Source of the DNA: Candidatus Latescibacterota bacterium
GTDB lineage: Bacteria; Latescibacterota; UBA2968; UBA8231
Direction: 5' to 3'
Assembly: GCA_965243025.1 (NCBI GenBank)
Contig: CBDETY010000003.1
Location: forward strand, 3,648,001 to 3,712,000
Length of the DNA stretch: 64,000 nucleotides
Shown here: in pieces, positions 38,601-48,238 of the stretch
How the letters are laid out: the number at the start of each line of letters is the position of its first letter
How positions within the stretch are numbered: the first letter of the stretch is position 1
Position numbers and translations under genes: made by a program
Notes under the pieces: model-generated
Databases searched by the model: none
What the model saw: the letters and a program-made list of their open reading frames with translations, nothing else
What the model was told of the DNA's origin: nothing

Positions 38601-41225
38601 TCAATAGGTCAGGGCGACGGTGCGCAGGATTTCCCGGTCCTCGATCCCGGATCCATCGGTGTCGCTCCCGAGACGAAGGCGAACGGCGTACATACCTGGC
38701 GGAACGAGGTCTCCGGCTTCGTCCCGGCCATCCCACGGGATCGAGTAAGCGCCGGCGCTGACACTGCGCTGCTCTTCCAGGAGCCTGATCCTGCGGCCCC
38801 CGAGATCGAATATCTCCGCTTCGACCGCGGTGCTCGCACCGACCAGCATGAGCGTGAAATTCAGCGTCATCTCGTCGTTGACGCCATCGCCATTGGGGGA
38901 AAATACCGGCGGACTTACCGCGAGTTCGCCGAACAGCTCCTTGCGCTCCGGTTGGGCAACCACCTGCAGCGAGGTGCGGGTGACCTTCTCGTCGACGCGC
39001 TGCCACAGGCCGTCGCCCGAGCCGCGCAGCAGCGCCTGCAGGCGTCCTCCCGTGGAGTAGAGGGTACCCCGGAAATCGACCCGTACCGCCTCGGTTCCGG
39101 AAGGCACCTCTGGAAAGGAAAGGTGCAAGCTGTCGCCGCTGGCGAGAACCTCGACACCTTCCACCGCATGGCCGCCGGAATCACCACTTTCTTCGAAGGC
39201 GGAAGCGGGTCCGGCGGCCACCGACTCCCTTGCCGGATCGAAGGCCAGATCCATCCCGGCCGGCGGCAGCAGCAGCAGCTGGTTGAACGGATTGCCCTGA
39301 TCCTCGATATCGACCAACAGGAAAAACCCGCGCTCGACGCCCAGCGAATCCACACGGGAAGGGATCACCTGTCCGCGCAGGCTGTTGGCCACCGGATCGG
39401 AGAAGTTGACCCTGATGGATTTCAGCGTTGCCTGAGCGTTCGGATCCTCGGAAAGCAGCCTTGCCCGGATTGTCAGGAACTCGCGCGGCGAAGGGGAGGT
39501 GATCGCGCTTCCCGAGGCCGCTTCGTACGGTTCGCTCCACGGCTCCCAGTCGCTGCCGGCCACCTCCTCGGGAACGATATCCCCCTTCTGCGATTTGATG
39601 CGGATCTTGTTGTAGGCCGCTTCCGTGATTTCGGTTCCGTCCGCCTTGAAATAGTGCAGCAGGGTGTCGAGGGTGTTTCCCGTCCGCGTCTGGAGCTGGA
39701 CCCGCGTTCCCGGCGGCGTGTCGGCGTCCCACTCGATGGTGGTCAGGTTGCGGCTGCCCCCCAGCTGGATCAGGTCGGAAGTGAGCTCCACCTGCGGCTG
39801 GTATCCCTGCCCGATCAGCTGCATGTCGCCCACGTAGGCGACGACGTTGGCGGGGTATTCGTTCTTGCCGGCGCGCCGGTACTGGAGGCGGAAGAAGCGG
39901 GCCTTGACCGGCTCGAAACTGAAGTCGTAGAGATGAATCAGGCCGCTGGTGGCGGTGCGTTGCGGCAGGCCGTCGTTCTCCACCACGCGTTCCCATTTCA
40001 GCGATCCGTCGATTTCACGCGTGCCGTCCGAGAAATCGATCGCGAACCCCCCGAAGGTCCAGGCGTGCTCCCCGGCCCGGAAATTCAGGGACATCCGTTT
40101 TCCCTCTATCCAGAAGTAGGATCCGAGGTCGGCGACGAGGTCGACCAGAAACGAGGCGTCGTGCAGTCCCGAAGCGGCGAGGTTGAAGGCGAGATAGCTT
40201 TCGACCGTCCCGTCGAGGAGGATCTGCGGATTGAGATCCGCGGCGCCGAGAACGTGCGTGGTCGTATGCGAGAAGGAACCGCCACGGGTCAGGGTTTCCT
40301 TGAAAAGGTCGTCGCCGTCGCTCCATACCTCGAGCTCGGCGAGGCGCGGCCGCTCCCTGCGGAAGTACCGGACCGGGCCGCGGCGGCTTTCTTCGAGCTG
40401 GTCGTAGATCGACCTGGTAACGGCGAGCTCCCCGCCCGTTGACAGCAGCTTGGTGTATTCCACCACCCCGGTGTCCCCCGGCGCCTCCTGCCTCAGCAGC
40501 TCGAACTCTTCCCGCGATATCTCGCGTCCCTTCTCCAGGCCGGAGCCGTTTACCACAACCTGAACAAGACGCACGAGGCGCTTGCGGCGCTGCTCGAGGG
40601 GGAGGTTGGCCAGATCGATCTCGATCACCCGTTGGTTCACGTTCGCGTGCAGGGTCTGGTACACGCGCGTGAAGTCGATGGATGTGCCGGCTATCGCCTT
40701 GATCGGTTTCTGCCCGTCGGAGACCATCACGTCGAAGAGCTGGAACGGATCGCCCAGATCCTCATCGACGAAGCGGAGCACGATTTTGCTCGCGATCAGG
40801 GTTCGGCCCATGTCGACGGTGAACCACCACTGCAGACCGAGATTCCGGGCCGAGCCCGAAGTTGGCGCCGGCTCCCAGTAGGTCGTGAGATCGCCGTCGA
40901 ACAGGTTGACGACATCCTCCCGGTTGGTACCCGCGTCGACCGCGTCGAGCAGGACGATCTCTTCGGGGTCCTTCTTGAGGCTGGCCGGAGGGTTGAAGCG
41001 CAGGTTTTCGAGAATGTCATGCACGGCGTTGGTGTTGGTTCGCCAGTATCTCGGCCTGACCCCGTCTTCGTCGATCGCCAGGGTGCCGGTGGAAAATACC
41101 CAGTTGTCCCAGTGGGCCTGGCCGGCGACCACCACGGAACCGGGGCTCACGGTATGGCCGCTTTGCGATCCCGCGCTGCTGGCGAGCAACGCCATGGCCG
41201 AACAGACGACAGCGAGTCTCTTCAT
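38601..41225 (-). CDS. Secreted double-discoidin-like/FlgD(CHU_C)-tail protein, paralog C
   Basis: Signal peptide; same architecture as A and B; FSPNGDGVND; ends VALTY. Confidence 0.88.
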   Translation of the reverse strand: MKRLAVVCSAMALLASSAGSQSGHTVSPGSVVVAGQAHWDNWVFSTGTLAIDEDGVRPRYWRTNTNAVHDILENLRFNPPASLKKDPEEIVLLDAVDAGTNREDVVNLFDGDLTTYWEPAPTSGSARNLGLQWWFTVDMGRTLIASKIVLRFVDEDLGDPFQLFDVMVSDGQKPIKAIAGTSIDFTRVYQTLHANVNQRVIEIDLANLPLEQRRKRLVRLVQVVVNGSGLEKGREISREEFELLRQEAPGDTGVVEYTKLLSTGGELAVTRSIYDQLEESRRGPVRYFRRERPRLAELEVWSDGDDLFKETLTRGGSFSHTTTHVLGAADLNPQILLDGTVESYLAFNLAASGLHDASFLVDLVADLGSYFWIEGKRMSLNFRAGEHAWTFGGFAIDFSDGTREIDGSLKWERVVENDGLPQRTATSGLIHLYDFSFEPVKARFFRLQYRRAGKNEYPANVVAYVGDMQLIGQGYQPQVELTSDLIQLGGSRNLTTIEWDADTPPGTRVQLQTRTGNTLDTLLHYFKADGTEITEAAYNKIRIKSQKGDIVPEEVAGSDWEPWSEPYEAASGSAITSPSPREFLTIRARLLSEDPNAQATLKSIRVNFSDPVANSLRGQVIPSRVDSLGVERGFFLLVDIEDQGNPFNQLLLLPPAGMDLAFDPARESVAAGPASAFEESGDSGGHAVEGVEVLASGDSLHLSFPEVPSGTEAVRVDFRGTLYSTGGRLQALLRGSGDGLWQRVDEKVTRTSLQVVAQPERKELFGELAVSPPVFSPNGDGVNDEMTLNFTLMLVGASTAVEAEIFDLGGRRIRLLEEQRSVSAGAYSIPWDGRDEAGDLVPPGMYAVRLRLGSDTDGSGIEDREILRTVALTY

Positions 41226-41329
41226 CGTGAATTCCTCTCTACTGTGCCAGCTTCATCAGTCGATCCCGGACAGCATTGCGAGATCTTCAATTTGTCCGGG
41301 ACGAATCCATTTTCCCGATCGATAAACTC

Positions 41330-41343
41330 AGTGCCCCGTCGCA
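41330..41343. mobile_element. Isolated MITE terminus
   Basis: AGTGCCCCGTCGCA is identical to 14942-14955, the left end of the MITE. Confidence 0.45.
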
Positions 41344-41355
41344 TATGTAAACCGG

Positions 41356-41396
41356 CGGCGGCGCACGCCGTTCAGAATGGGTATTTCAGGCATGGT
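41356..41396 (-). pseudogene. Decayed remnant of the PPIase 5' end
   Basis: CGGCGGCGCACGCCG..GAATG.GT.TT.CAGGCATGGT aligns with 38536-38575 (start codon and first codons of the PPIase), with an indel. Confidence 0.65.
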
Positions 41397-41398
41397 TT

Positions 41399-44020
41399 TC
41401 AATAGGTCAGGGCGACGGTGCGCAGGACCTCCCGGTCCTCGACTCCCGATCCATCGGTGTCGCTCCCGAGACGAAGGCGAACGGCGTACATACCTGGCGG
41501 AACGAGGTCTCCGGCTTCGTCGCGGCCATCCCACGGGATCGAGTAAGCGCCGGCGCTGACACTGCGCTGCTCTTCCAGGAGCCTGATCCTGCGGCCCCCG
41601 AGATCGAATATCTCCGCTTCGACCGCGGTGCTCGCACCCACCAGCATGAGCGTGAAATCCAGCGTCATCTCGTCGTTGACGCCATCGCCATTGGGAGAAA
41701 ATACCGGCGGACTTACCGCGAGTTCGCCGAACAGCTCCTTGCGCTCCGGTTGGGCAACCACCTGCAGCGAGGTGCGGGTGACCTTCTCGTCGACGCGCTG
41801 CCACAGGCCGTCGCCCGAGCCGCGCAGCAGCGCCTGCAGGCGTCCGCCGGTGGAGTAGAGGGTACCCCGGAAATCGACCCGTACCGCCTCGGTTCCGGAA
41901 GGCACCTCTGGAAATGAAAGGTGCAGACTGTCGCCGCTGGCAACCACCACGACCCCGTCCAGCTCCTGACCCGCTTCGCCACCCCCTTCCAAAAGGGAGG
42001 AGGAGCCGGCGAATACCGATTCGCGCAACGGATCGAAGCTCAGTTGCATCCCCGCCGGGGGCACCAGCAGCAACTCGTTGAACGGATTGTCCTGATCCTC
42101 GATGTCGACCAACAGGAAAAACCCGCGCTCGACGCCCAACGAATCCACACGGGAAGGGATCACCTGTCCGCGCAGGCTGTTGGCCACCGGGTCGGAGAAG
42201 TTGACCTCAATGGATTTCAGGGTGGCGTGAACTCCGGGATCCCCGGACAGCAAGGTCGCCCGAATCTTGAGGAACTCGCGCGGCGAAGGGGAGGTGATCG
42301 CGCTTCCCGAGGCCGCTTCGTACGGTTCGCTCCACGGCTCCCAGTCGCTGCCGGCCACCTCCTCGGGAACGATATCCCCCTTCTGCGATTTGATGCGGAT
42401 CTTGTTGTAGGCCGCTTCCGTGATTTCGGTTCCGTCCGCCTTGAAATAGTGCAGCAGGGTGTCGAGGGTGTTTCCCGTCCGCGTCTGGAGCTGGACCCGC
42501 GTTCCCGGCGGCGTGTCGGCGTCCCACTCGATGGTGGTCAGGTTGCGGCTGCCCCCCAGCTGGATCAGGTCGGAAGTGAGCTCCACCTGCGGCTGGTATC
42601 CCTGCCCGATCAGCTGCATGTCGCCCACGTAGGCGGAAACGTTGGCGGGGTATTCGTTCTTGCCGGCGCGCCGGTACTGGAGGCGGAAGAAGCGGGCCTT
42701 GACCGGCTCGAAATCGAAGTCGTAGAGGTGAACCAGGCCGCTGGTGGCGGTGCGTTGCGGGAGGCCGCCGCTTTCCACCACGCGTTTCCATTTCAGCGAT
42801 CCGTCGATTTCACGCGTGCCGTCCGAAAAATCGACTGCGAACCCCCCGAAGGTCCAGGCGTGCCCTCCGCCCCGGAAATTCAGGGACATCCGTTTTCCCT
42901 CTATCCAGAAGTAGGATCCGAGGTCGGCGACGAGGTCGACCAGAAACGAGGCGTCGTGCAGTCCCGAAGCGGCGAGGTTGAAGGCGAGATAGCTTTCGAT
43001 CGTCCCGTCGAGGAGGATCTGCGGATTGAGGTCCGCGGCGCCGAGAACGTGCGTGGTCGTATGCGAGAAGGAACCGCCACGGGTCAGGGTTTCCTTGAAA
43101 AGGTCGTCGCCGTCGCTCCATACCTCGAGCTCGGCGAGGCGCGGCCGCTCCCTGCGGAAGTACCGGACCGGGCCGCGGCGGCTTTCTTCGAGCTGGTCGT
43201 AGGTTCCCCTGGTAACGGCGAGCTCCCCGCCCGTTGACAGCAGCTTGGTGTATTCCACCACCCCGGTATCCCCAGGCGCCTCCTGCCTCAGCAGCTCGAA
43301 CTCTTCCCGCGATATCTCGCGTCCCTTCTCCAGGCCGGAGCCGTTTACCACAACCTGAACCAGACGTACCAAGCGCTTGCGGCGCTGCTCGAGGGGGAGG
43401 TTGGCCAGATCGATCTCGATCACCCGTTGGTTCACGTTCGGGTGCAGGGTCTGGTACACGCGCGTGAAGTCGATGGATTCACTGGCTATCGCCTTGATCG
43501 GCTTCTGCCCGTCGGAGACCATCACGTCGAAGAGCTGGAACGGATCGCCCAGATCCTCATCGACGAAGCGGAGCACGATTTTGCTCGCGATCAGGGTTCG
43601 GCCCATGTCGACGGTGAACCACCACTGCAGACCGAGATCCCGGGCCGAGCCCGAAGGCGGGGCCGGCTCCCAGTAGGTCGTGAGATCGCCGTCGAACAGG
43701 TTGACGACATCCTCCCGGTCGGTACCCGCTTCGACCGCGTCGAGCAGGACGATCTCTTCGGGGTCCTTCTTGAGGCTGGCCGGAGGGTTGAAGCGCAGGT
43801 TTTCGAGAATGTCATGCACGGCGTTGGTGTTGGTTCGCCAGTATCTCGGCCTGACCCCGTCTTCGTCGATCGCCAGGGTGCCGGTGGAAAACATCCAGCT
43901 CTCCCAGTGGGCCTGGCCGGCGACAACCACGGAACCGGGGCTCACGGTATGGCCGCTTTGCGATCCCGCGCTGCCGGCGAGCAGCGACATGGACAAACAG
44001 ACGACGGGGAGTCTCCTCAT
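41399..44020 (-). CDS. Secreted double-discoidin-like/FlgD(CHU_C)-tail protein, paralog D (near-identical tandem copy of C)
   Basis: Start MRRLPVV at 44020 (or 44041); long stretches identical to C at nucleotide level; ends VALTY. Confidence 0.88.
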   Translation of the reverse strand: MRRLPVVCLSMSLLAGSAGSQSGHTVSPGSVVVAGQAHWESWMFSTGTLAIDEDGVRPRYWRTNTNAVHDILENLRFNPPASLKKDPEEIVLLDAVEAGTDREDVVNLFDGDLTTYWEPAPPSGSARDLGLQWWFTVDMGRTLIASKIVLRFVDEDLGDPFQLFDVMVSDGQKPIKAIASESIDFTRVYQTLHPNVNQRVIEIDLANLPLEQRRKRLVRLVQVVVNGSGLEKGREISREEFELLRQEAPGDTGVVEYTKLLSTGGELAVTRGTYDQLEESRRGPVRYFRRERPRLAELEVWSDGDDLFKETLTRGGSFSHTTTHVLGAADLNPQILLDGTIESYLAFNLAASGLHDASFLVDLVADLGSYFWIEGKRMSLNFRGGGHAWTFGGFAVDFSDGTREIDGSLKWKRVVESGGLPQRTATSGLVHLYDFDFEPVKARFFRLQYRRAGKNEYPANVSAYVGDMQLIGQGYQPQVELTSDLIQLGGSRNLTTIEWDADTPPGTRVQLQTRTGNTLDTLLHYFKADGTEITEAAYNKIRIKSQKGDIVPEEVAGSDWEPWSEPYEAASGSAITSPSPREFLKIRATLLSGDPGVHATLKSIEVNFSDPVANSLRGQVIPSRVDSLGVERGFFLLVDIEDQDNPFNELLLVPPAGMQLSFDPLRESVFAGSSSLLEGGGEAGQELDGVVVVASGDSLHLSFPEVPSGTEAVRVDFRGTLYSTGGRLQALLRGSGDGLWQRVDEKVTRTSLQVVAQPERKELFGELAVSPPVFSPNGDGVNDEMTLDFTLMLVGASTAVEAEIFDLGGRRIRLLEEQRSVSAGAYSIPWDGRDEAGDLVPPGMYAVRLRLGSDTDGSGVEDREVLRTVALTY

Positions 44021-44120
44021 CGCGAATCCCTCATTCTGCATTTCGCCTTGTGTCCATAAAGCCGGTTGGAGCCGTCACTGCGATCTCGCATACCCCAGGA
44101 GGGCAAGTCCAGTTCCCGGT

Positions 44121-46049
44121 TCAATAAACCAGGGCAAGGGCGGCAACCTCGGCATCGGGCTCATCATCCGCCTCGACTTCCAGCCGCAACAGGTACAAGC
44201 CGGGGGACAGCAGCCTGGCCTGTTCGTCCCGGCCGTCCCAGGTCGCCGAAAAACGGCCGCTGGTCCCGGCATCCACCGCAATATCCGCCACCCGCGCCCC
44301 CGCCAGATCGAACACCGCCAGCGAAACCGGAGCTCCCCCCACCAGGTTAACCAGATCGTATTCAACCGTCAGGAGGTCGTTGATCCCGTCGGCATTGGGG
44401 GTGAACGCCGACACTTCGAACGACCGGATGGTGCGAGTTCCTTCCATGACCGGGTTCACGCTGAGCGCGTTTCCCTCCACCAGAGGGTCGGCGTCTCCGG
44501 GGGTAACGCGCTGGCGGACTTCCGCCGGACGCTCGCTGTCGTAAATCCTGCCCGCGAACACCGTGCCCACCTGAAACACTTCGCTCCGAAACACCACCTC
44601 CATGAGCTCGCCCGAGGTCTCCAGGTCCACCCGGGGAATGTGCACGGAAAAGCTCTCGCCGTCCCACGGGGTCACGGAAAACTCCCCGGGGGACAGGACC
44701 GCCTGCCCGATGCGCACTTCGTCGACGTTTGCCGGAGACGCGGTGTATATCTGAACGCTGTCGAAACCGAGGTCGTCTCCCTGTATCCTCGGAAGCAGCT
44801 TGTAAGTGAACGACGTGGCCTCTCCGGGCCTGACCTCGTTGGGGTAAACCTCCGCCGCCACTTCGCTCGCCGAGGGCGGAGCCGACACCTCGAATTGCAG
44901 ATAGTCCAGGGCGGCCCCGGAAGATCCCTTTGAAGAGATGAAGTCCGCCTTTGTCTGCAGGAACCGACGGGGCTTGCCGTCCACATCCCCGCTCCGGCCT
45001 GCCCCGAAGTCGAAGGGTCCCCTCCAGAACCCCCAGTTCTCCCTGTCAGGCTTGATGCCCGCTTTCTCCCCTCCCTCCAAGCGGCTGTAGCTGCCCCGGT
45101 CCAGCAGGTTGCCGTCCCGGTCGAAGCGGGTCCGCTCATCGCCGCGGAAGGTGCGGCGCCAGTAGCTGTTGGGATCCTCGTCATCCCCGGTTCGCATGCT
45201 GAGCTCGATGGCAGCGCCCGGATCCTCGCTGCCGGACCAGGTGAGGTCGCCGAGAACGGAACGCCCACCCAGATCGAGGACATTCGAAAGGTAACCGGCT
45301 CTGGAAACAAAGCCGTCGCCGTAGATCTCGAACTCCGCTATCTCCCAGTCTCCTCTGGGAGACTCGAACAGCATCTCGGCGATCGGAACGTCGGGAAGCT
45401 CGATGTCGACGATCGGATCCCTGTTCCCGATCACGTTGTAGACCGGGTCGAAGTCGATAACCTCGAATCTTCCGGTGTGCTTGTAGGCCCGGGTTCCGCG
45501 TTTCCGGATGTCGCCGTCGTTGGTGCCAATGAAAAAATCCCTGACGAACCGTCTTTTCAGGAACTCCGGCCTCGGCTGGAATACGACCCGGCGGATGGGA
45601 TACAGATCGGCGAAATCGATCCAGATCGCCCACAAGAAACCGTCCTCTGAAAACCGCGAGGACCAGTTGTAAAAACCAAGAAAGGCGGTTCTCAAGTTCC
45701 CGTCCACGAGCCCCCCGACCCAGCGATCATCTTCCCAACCCTCAAGCGGATCGTAGAACCGCACATGGCCGCCGCGCTCGAGGATCCCGGGGGCAATGTT
45801 GACTTCGGGATCGAGACGGACCGGCGTCAGCGATTCGTTGATTTCGATATGGCGATGATTCCCGGAAAGTTCCTCGTCGACGTCAGCCCAGGAAAGCTGA
45901 ACGAAATCGATTCCCTCCTGGCTGGCCTTGTCCGGGACCGGAAGTTTCTCACCGCCGAGGCGGTAGACCGTGAGTGTGTCTACAGGGCCGGCTCCAAAAG
46001 CGCAGGCCACCAGGGCTCCAAGCGTACAGCGGAGGGAGTGAGGTTTCAT
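44121..46049 (-). CDS. Secreted single-discoidin-like/FlgD(CHU_C)-tail protein, paralog E
   Basis: Start MKPHSL at 46049; LTVYRLGG, IWIDF, WEIAEFEIYGDG, MRTGDD, FTPNADGIND, WDGRD; ends LALVY. Confidence 0.87.
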   Translation of the reverse strand: MKPHSLRCTLGALVACAFGAGPVDTLTVYRLGGEKLPVPDKASQEGIDFVQLSWADVDEELSGNHRHIEINESLTPVRLDPEVNIAPGILERGGHVRFYDPLEGWEDDRWVGGLVDGNLRTAFLGFYNWSSRFSEDGFLWAIWIDFADLYPIRRVVFQPRPEFLKRRFVRDFFIGTNDGDIRKRGTRAYKHTGRFEVIDFDPVYNVIGNRDPIVDIELPDVPIAEMLFESPRGDWEIAEFEIYGDGFVSRAGYLSNVLDLGGRSVLGDLTWSGSEDPGAAIELSMRTGDDEDPNSYWRRTFRGDERTRFDRDGNLLDRGSYSRLEGGEKAGIKPDRENWGFWRGPFDFGAGRSGDVDGKPRRFLQTKADFISSKGSSGAALDYLQFEVSAPPSASEVAAEVYPNEVRPGEATSFTYKLLPRIQGDDLGFDSVQIYTASPANVDEVRIGQAVLSPGEFSVTPWDGESFSVHIPRVDLETSGELMEVVFRSEVFQVGTVFAGRIYDSERPAEVRQRVTPGDADPLVEGNALSVNPVMEGTRTIRSFEVSAFTPNADGINDLLTVEYDLVNLVGGAPVSLAVFDLAGARVADIAVDAGTSGRFSATWDGRDEQARLLSPGLYLLRLEVEADDEPDAEVAALALVY

Positions 46050-46228
46050 GCGGCCTTCAAGTGCCTGCAGGGTGACGGGTCGACCTGGCGTCAACGCGCG
46101 ACCGGCAGGGGAATCGTCGCCGTTCACTTTCGGAAGAAACCTGAAGCAGGGAGGAGCAACTCCACAAAAGGCTCGCTCCCCCTTTCCTTCAGAAGTATTC
46201 CCAAGGGCCCGGTTCGCTGCCCGGCGCT

Positions 46229-48211
46229 TCAGTAGGCGATGGGAATTACGGCAACTTCGATATCGGTCTCTTCGTCCGCCTCGACCTCCAGCTTCAGCAG
46301 GTACAAGCCGGGAGAAAGCAGGCCGGCCTGGTCGTCGCGGCCATCCCAGGTCGCCGAAAAACGACCGCTGATCCCCGCATCCACCGCAATATCCGCAACC
46401 CGCACGCCCGCCAGATTGAACACCTCGAGCGCCACGGGAACACCCCCTGCCAGGTTCACCAGGTCGTATTCCACCTTCAGCAGGTCGTTTATCCCGTCGG
46501 CGTTCGGGGTGAAAGCGGACACCTCGAGCGCCTGGATGGTCCGTGTACCCACCATTCCCGGCGATACGCTGAGCGTATTCCCTTCCACCAGCGGATCCGC
46601 ATCACCCGCCGTAACCCGCTGGCGCACCTCCATCGGGCGGGTTGTGTCGAAAACACGGCCCGTAAACACGGTACCCACCTTGAACACCTCACCTTTGAAC
46701 ACCACTTCGATGAGCTCACCCGAGGACTGCAGGTCGACCCGGGGAATGTGCACGGAAAAGCTCTCGCCATCCCATGGCGTGACCGAGAACTCCCCCGGAG
46801 ACAGAACCGCGGACCCGATTCGCACCTCGTCGACGCTTGCCGGGGCCACCGGCGTCTGGATTTGAATGCTGTCGAAACCGAGGTCGTTCTCCTGCATCTC
46901 CGGGAGCAGCTTGTAGGTGAAGGAGGTCACCTGCCCCAGTTCCGATACCGTCGGCTCGATTTCGGCGAGTACCTGGCTGGCAACCGGCGGCGTCGACACC
47001 TCGAATTCAACAAAATCCAGCTTGCTTCCCGCCGAGCCGATTGTCGAGGAAAAATCCGCTTTGATCTGCACGAATTGCCTGGGCCTGTCGCTGACCAGGT
47101 CGCCGCGTCCGGCATCGAAATTCAGCAGGGTCGTCCAGAAACCCCAGTTCTCCCTGTCCGGGGTTATCGGCAACCTCTCGCCTCCTTCGAGCCGCTGGTA
47201 GGATGACCGGGTGAGTTCGTTCCCGCTGGCATCGAAGCGGGATTTCTCATCGCCGCGAAATGTCAGCCGCCAGTAGAAGTTCGGGTCTTCGTCGTCTCCT
47301 GTGCGCACGCTCAGGTCCACGGCCGCCCCTTCGTCAACCGAACCCGACCAGGTCAGGGTGCCGAGGCTCGAGCGCGCCCCGAGGTCGATGATGTTGGAAA
47401 TGTAGGCCGCCTGTGACACGAAACCGTCCCCGTAGATCTCGAGTTCAGCGAGTTCCCAGTTCCCCTCTCCGGCGGCCAGTACGAGCTCGGAAACAGGCTC
47501 GTCCGGCAGCTCGAGGTCGAGAACGGCTGTGGTGTTTTCCCTGATGTCGATCTTTACGTCGAAGTCGACGAAACGGTTCCCGCGCCAGGTCAGCCTGCCA
47601 TCCCGGGTGCCGTGCAAAGGGTCGAGAGCGAGGGTGGCAGGAGTTCTGTTGACCGGTGCGTTATTTGTACCGACCTGCAGGTTGGGCATGAAGCGGTCGA
47701 CATGGTGGTCGGGGGTAGGCTGCAGGACGAGCCGGCGGATCGGGAAGAAGCCCCGGAACTGAATCCACACGGTCTTGCAGCGCCGCGTCGCCGTGAAGGT
47801 ACCGCAATGGAGCCCGAAATCGGATCTCAGGCCGGTGTAGGCGGTTTCGTAATCGCCGTCAAAAGCCAGGTCGAGCAGTGGTTCGTCCTGCCAGCCGTAC
47901 CCATTGGAGGACTTGATTTCCGCACCGCGCGACCTGAGCAGCGGAGTGAGGTTTTCGGTCGGGTCGAGGCGTTGGGGTTGCAGAGGCCCGTCGGTCTCGA
48001 CGAGGAAAGCAGATCCGAACTTCTCCTCGTCCGCGTCGGCCCAGTTCAACTGAATGAACTCCACGCCGGGCTCGGAGGAGATTTCGGGAGGCGGGATCTC
48101 GGTCCCACCGATCCGGTAAATGGTCAGGGCATTGCCGTTCCTCGATCCCCCCGGGTTGAGAATCAGCAGGGCCGCAAGGGCCAGCGCATGACGGGCCGGA
48201 AAGGCGGTCAT
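46229..48211 (-). CDS. Secreted single-discoidin-like/FlgD(CHU_C)-tail protein, paralog F
   Basis: LTIYRIGG, FDGDYETA, WELAELEIYGDG, VRTGDD, FTPNADGIND; ends IPIAY. Confidence 0.87.
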   Translation of the reverse strand: MTAFPARHALALAALLILNPGGSRNGNALTIYRIGGTEIPPPEISSEPGVEFIQLNWADADEEKFGSAFLVETDGPLQPQRLDPTENLTPLLRSRGAEIKSSNGYGWQDEPLLDLAFDGDYETAYTGLRSDFGLHCGTFTATRRCKTVWIQFRGFFPIRRLVLQPTPDHHVDRFMPNLQVGTNNAPVNRTPATLALDPLHGTRDGRLTWRGNRFVDFDVKIDIRENTTAVLDLELPDEPVSELVLAAGEGNWELAELEIYGDGFVSQAAYISNIIDLGARSSLGTLTWSGSVDEGAAVDLSVRTGDDEDPNFYWRLTFRGDEKSRFDASGNELTRSSYQRLEGGERLPITPDRENWGFWTTLLNFDAGRGDLVSDRPRQFVQIKADFSSTIGSAGSKLDFVEFEVSTPPVASQVLAEIEPTVSELGQVTSFTYKLLPEMQENDLGFDSIQIQTPVAPASVDEVRIGSAVLSPGEFSVTPWDGESFSVHIPRVDLQSSGELIEVVFKGEVFKVGTVFTGRVFDTTRPMEVRQRVTAGDADPLVEGNTLSVSPGMVGTRTIQALEVSAFTPNADGINDLLKVEYDLVNLAGGVPVALEVFNLAGVRVADIAVDAGISGRFSATWDGRDDQAGLLSPGLYLLKLEVEADEETDIEVAVIPIAY

Positions 48212-48238
48212 GTCATCCCCTCTCGATTGTTTGGAGAC

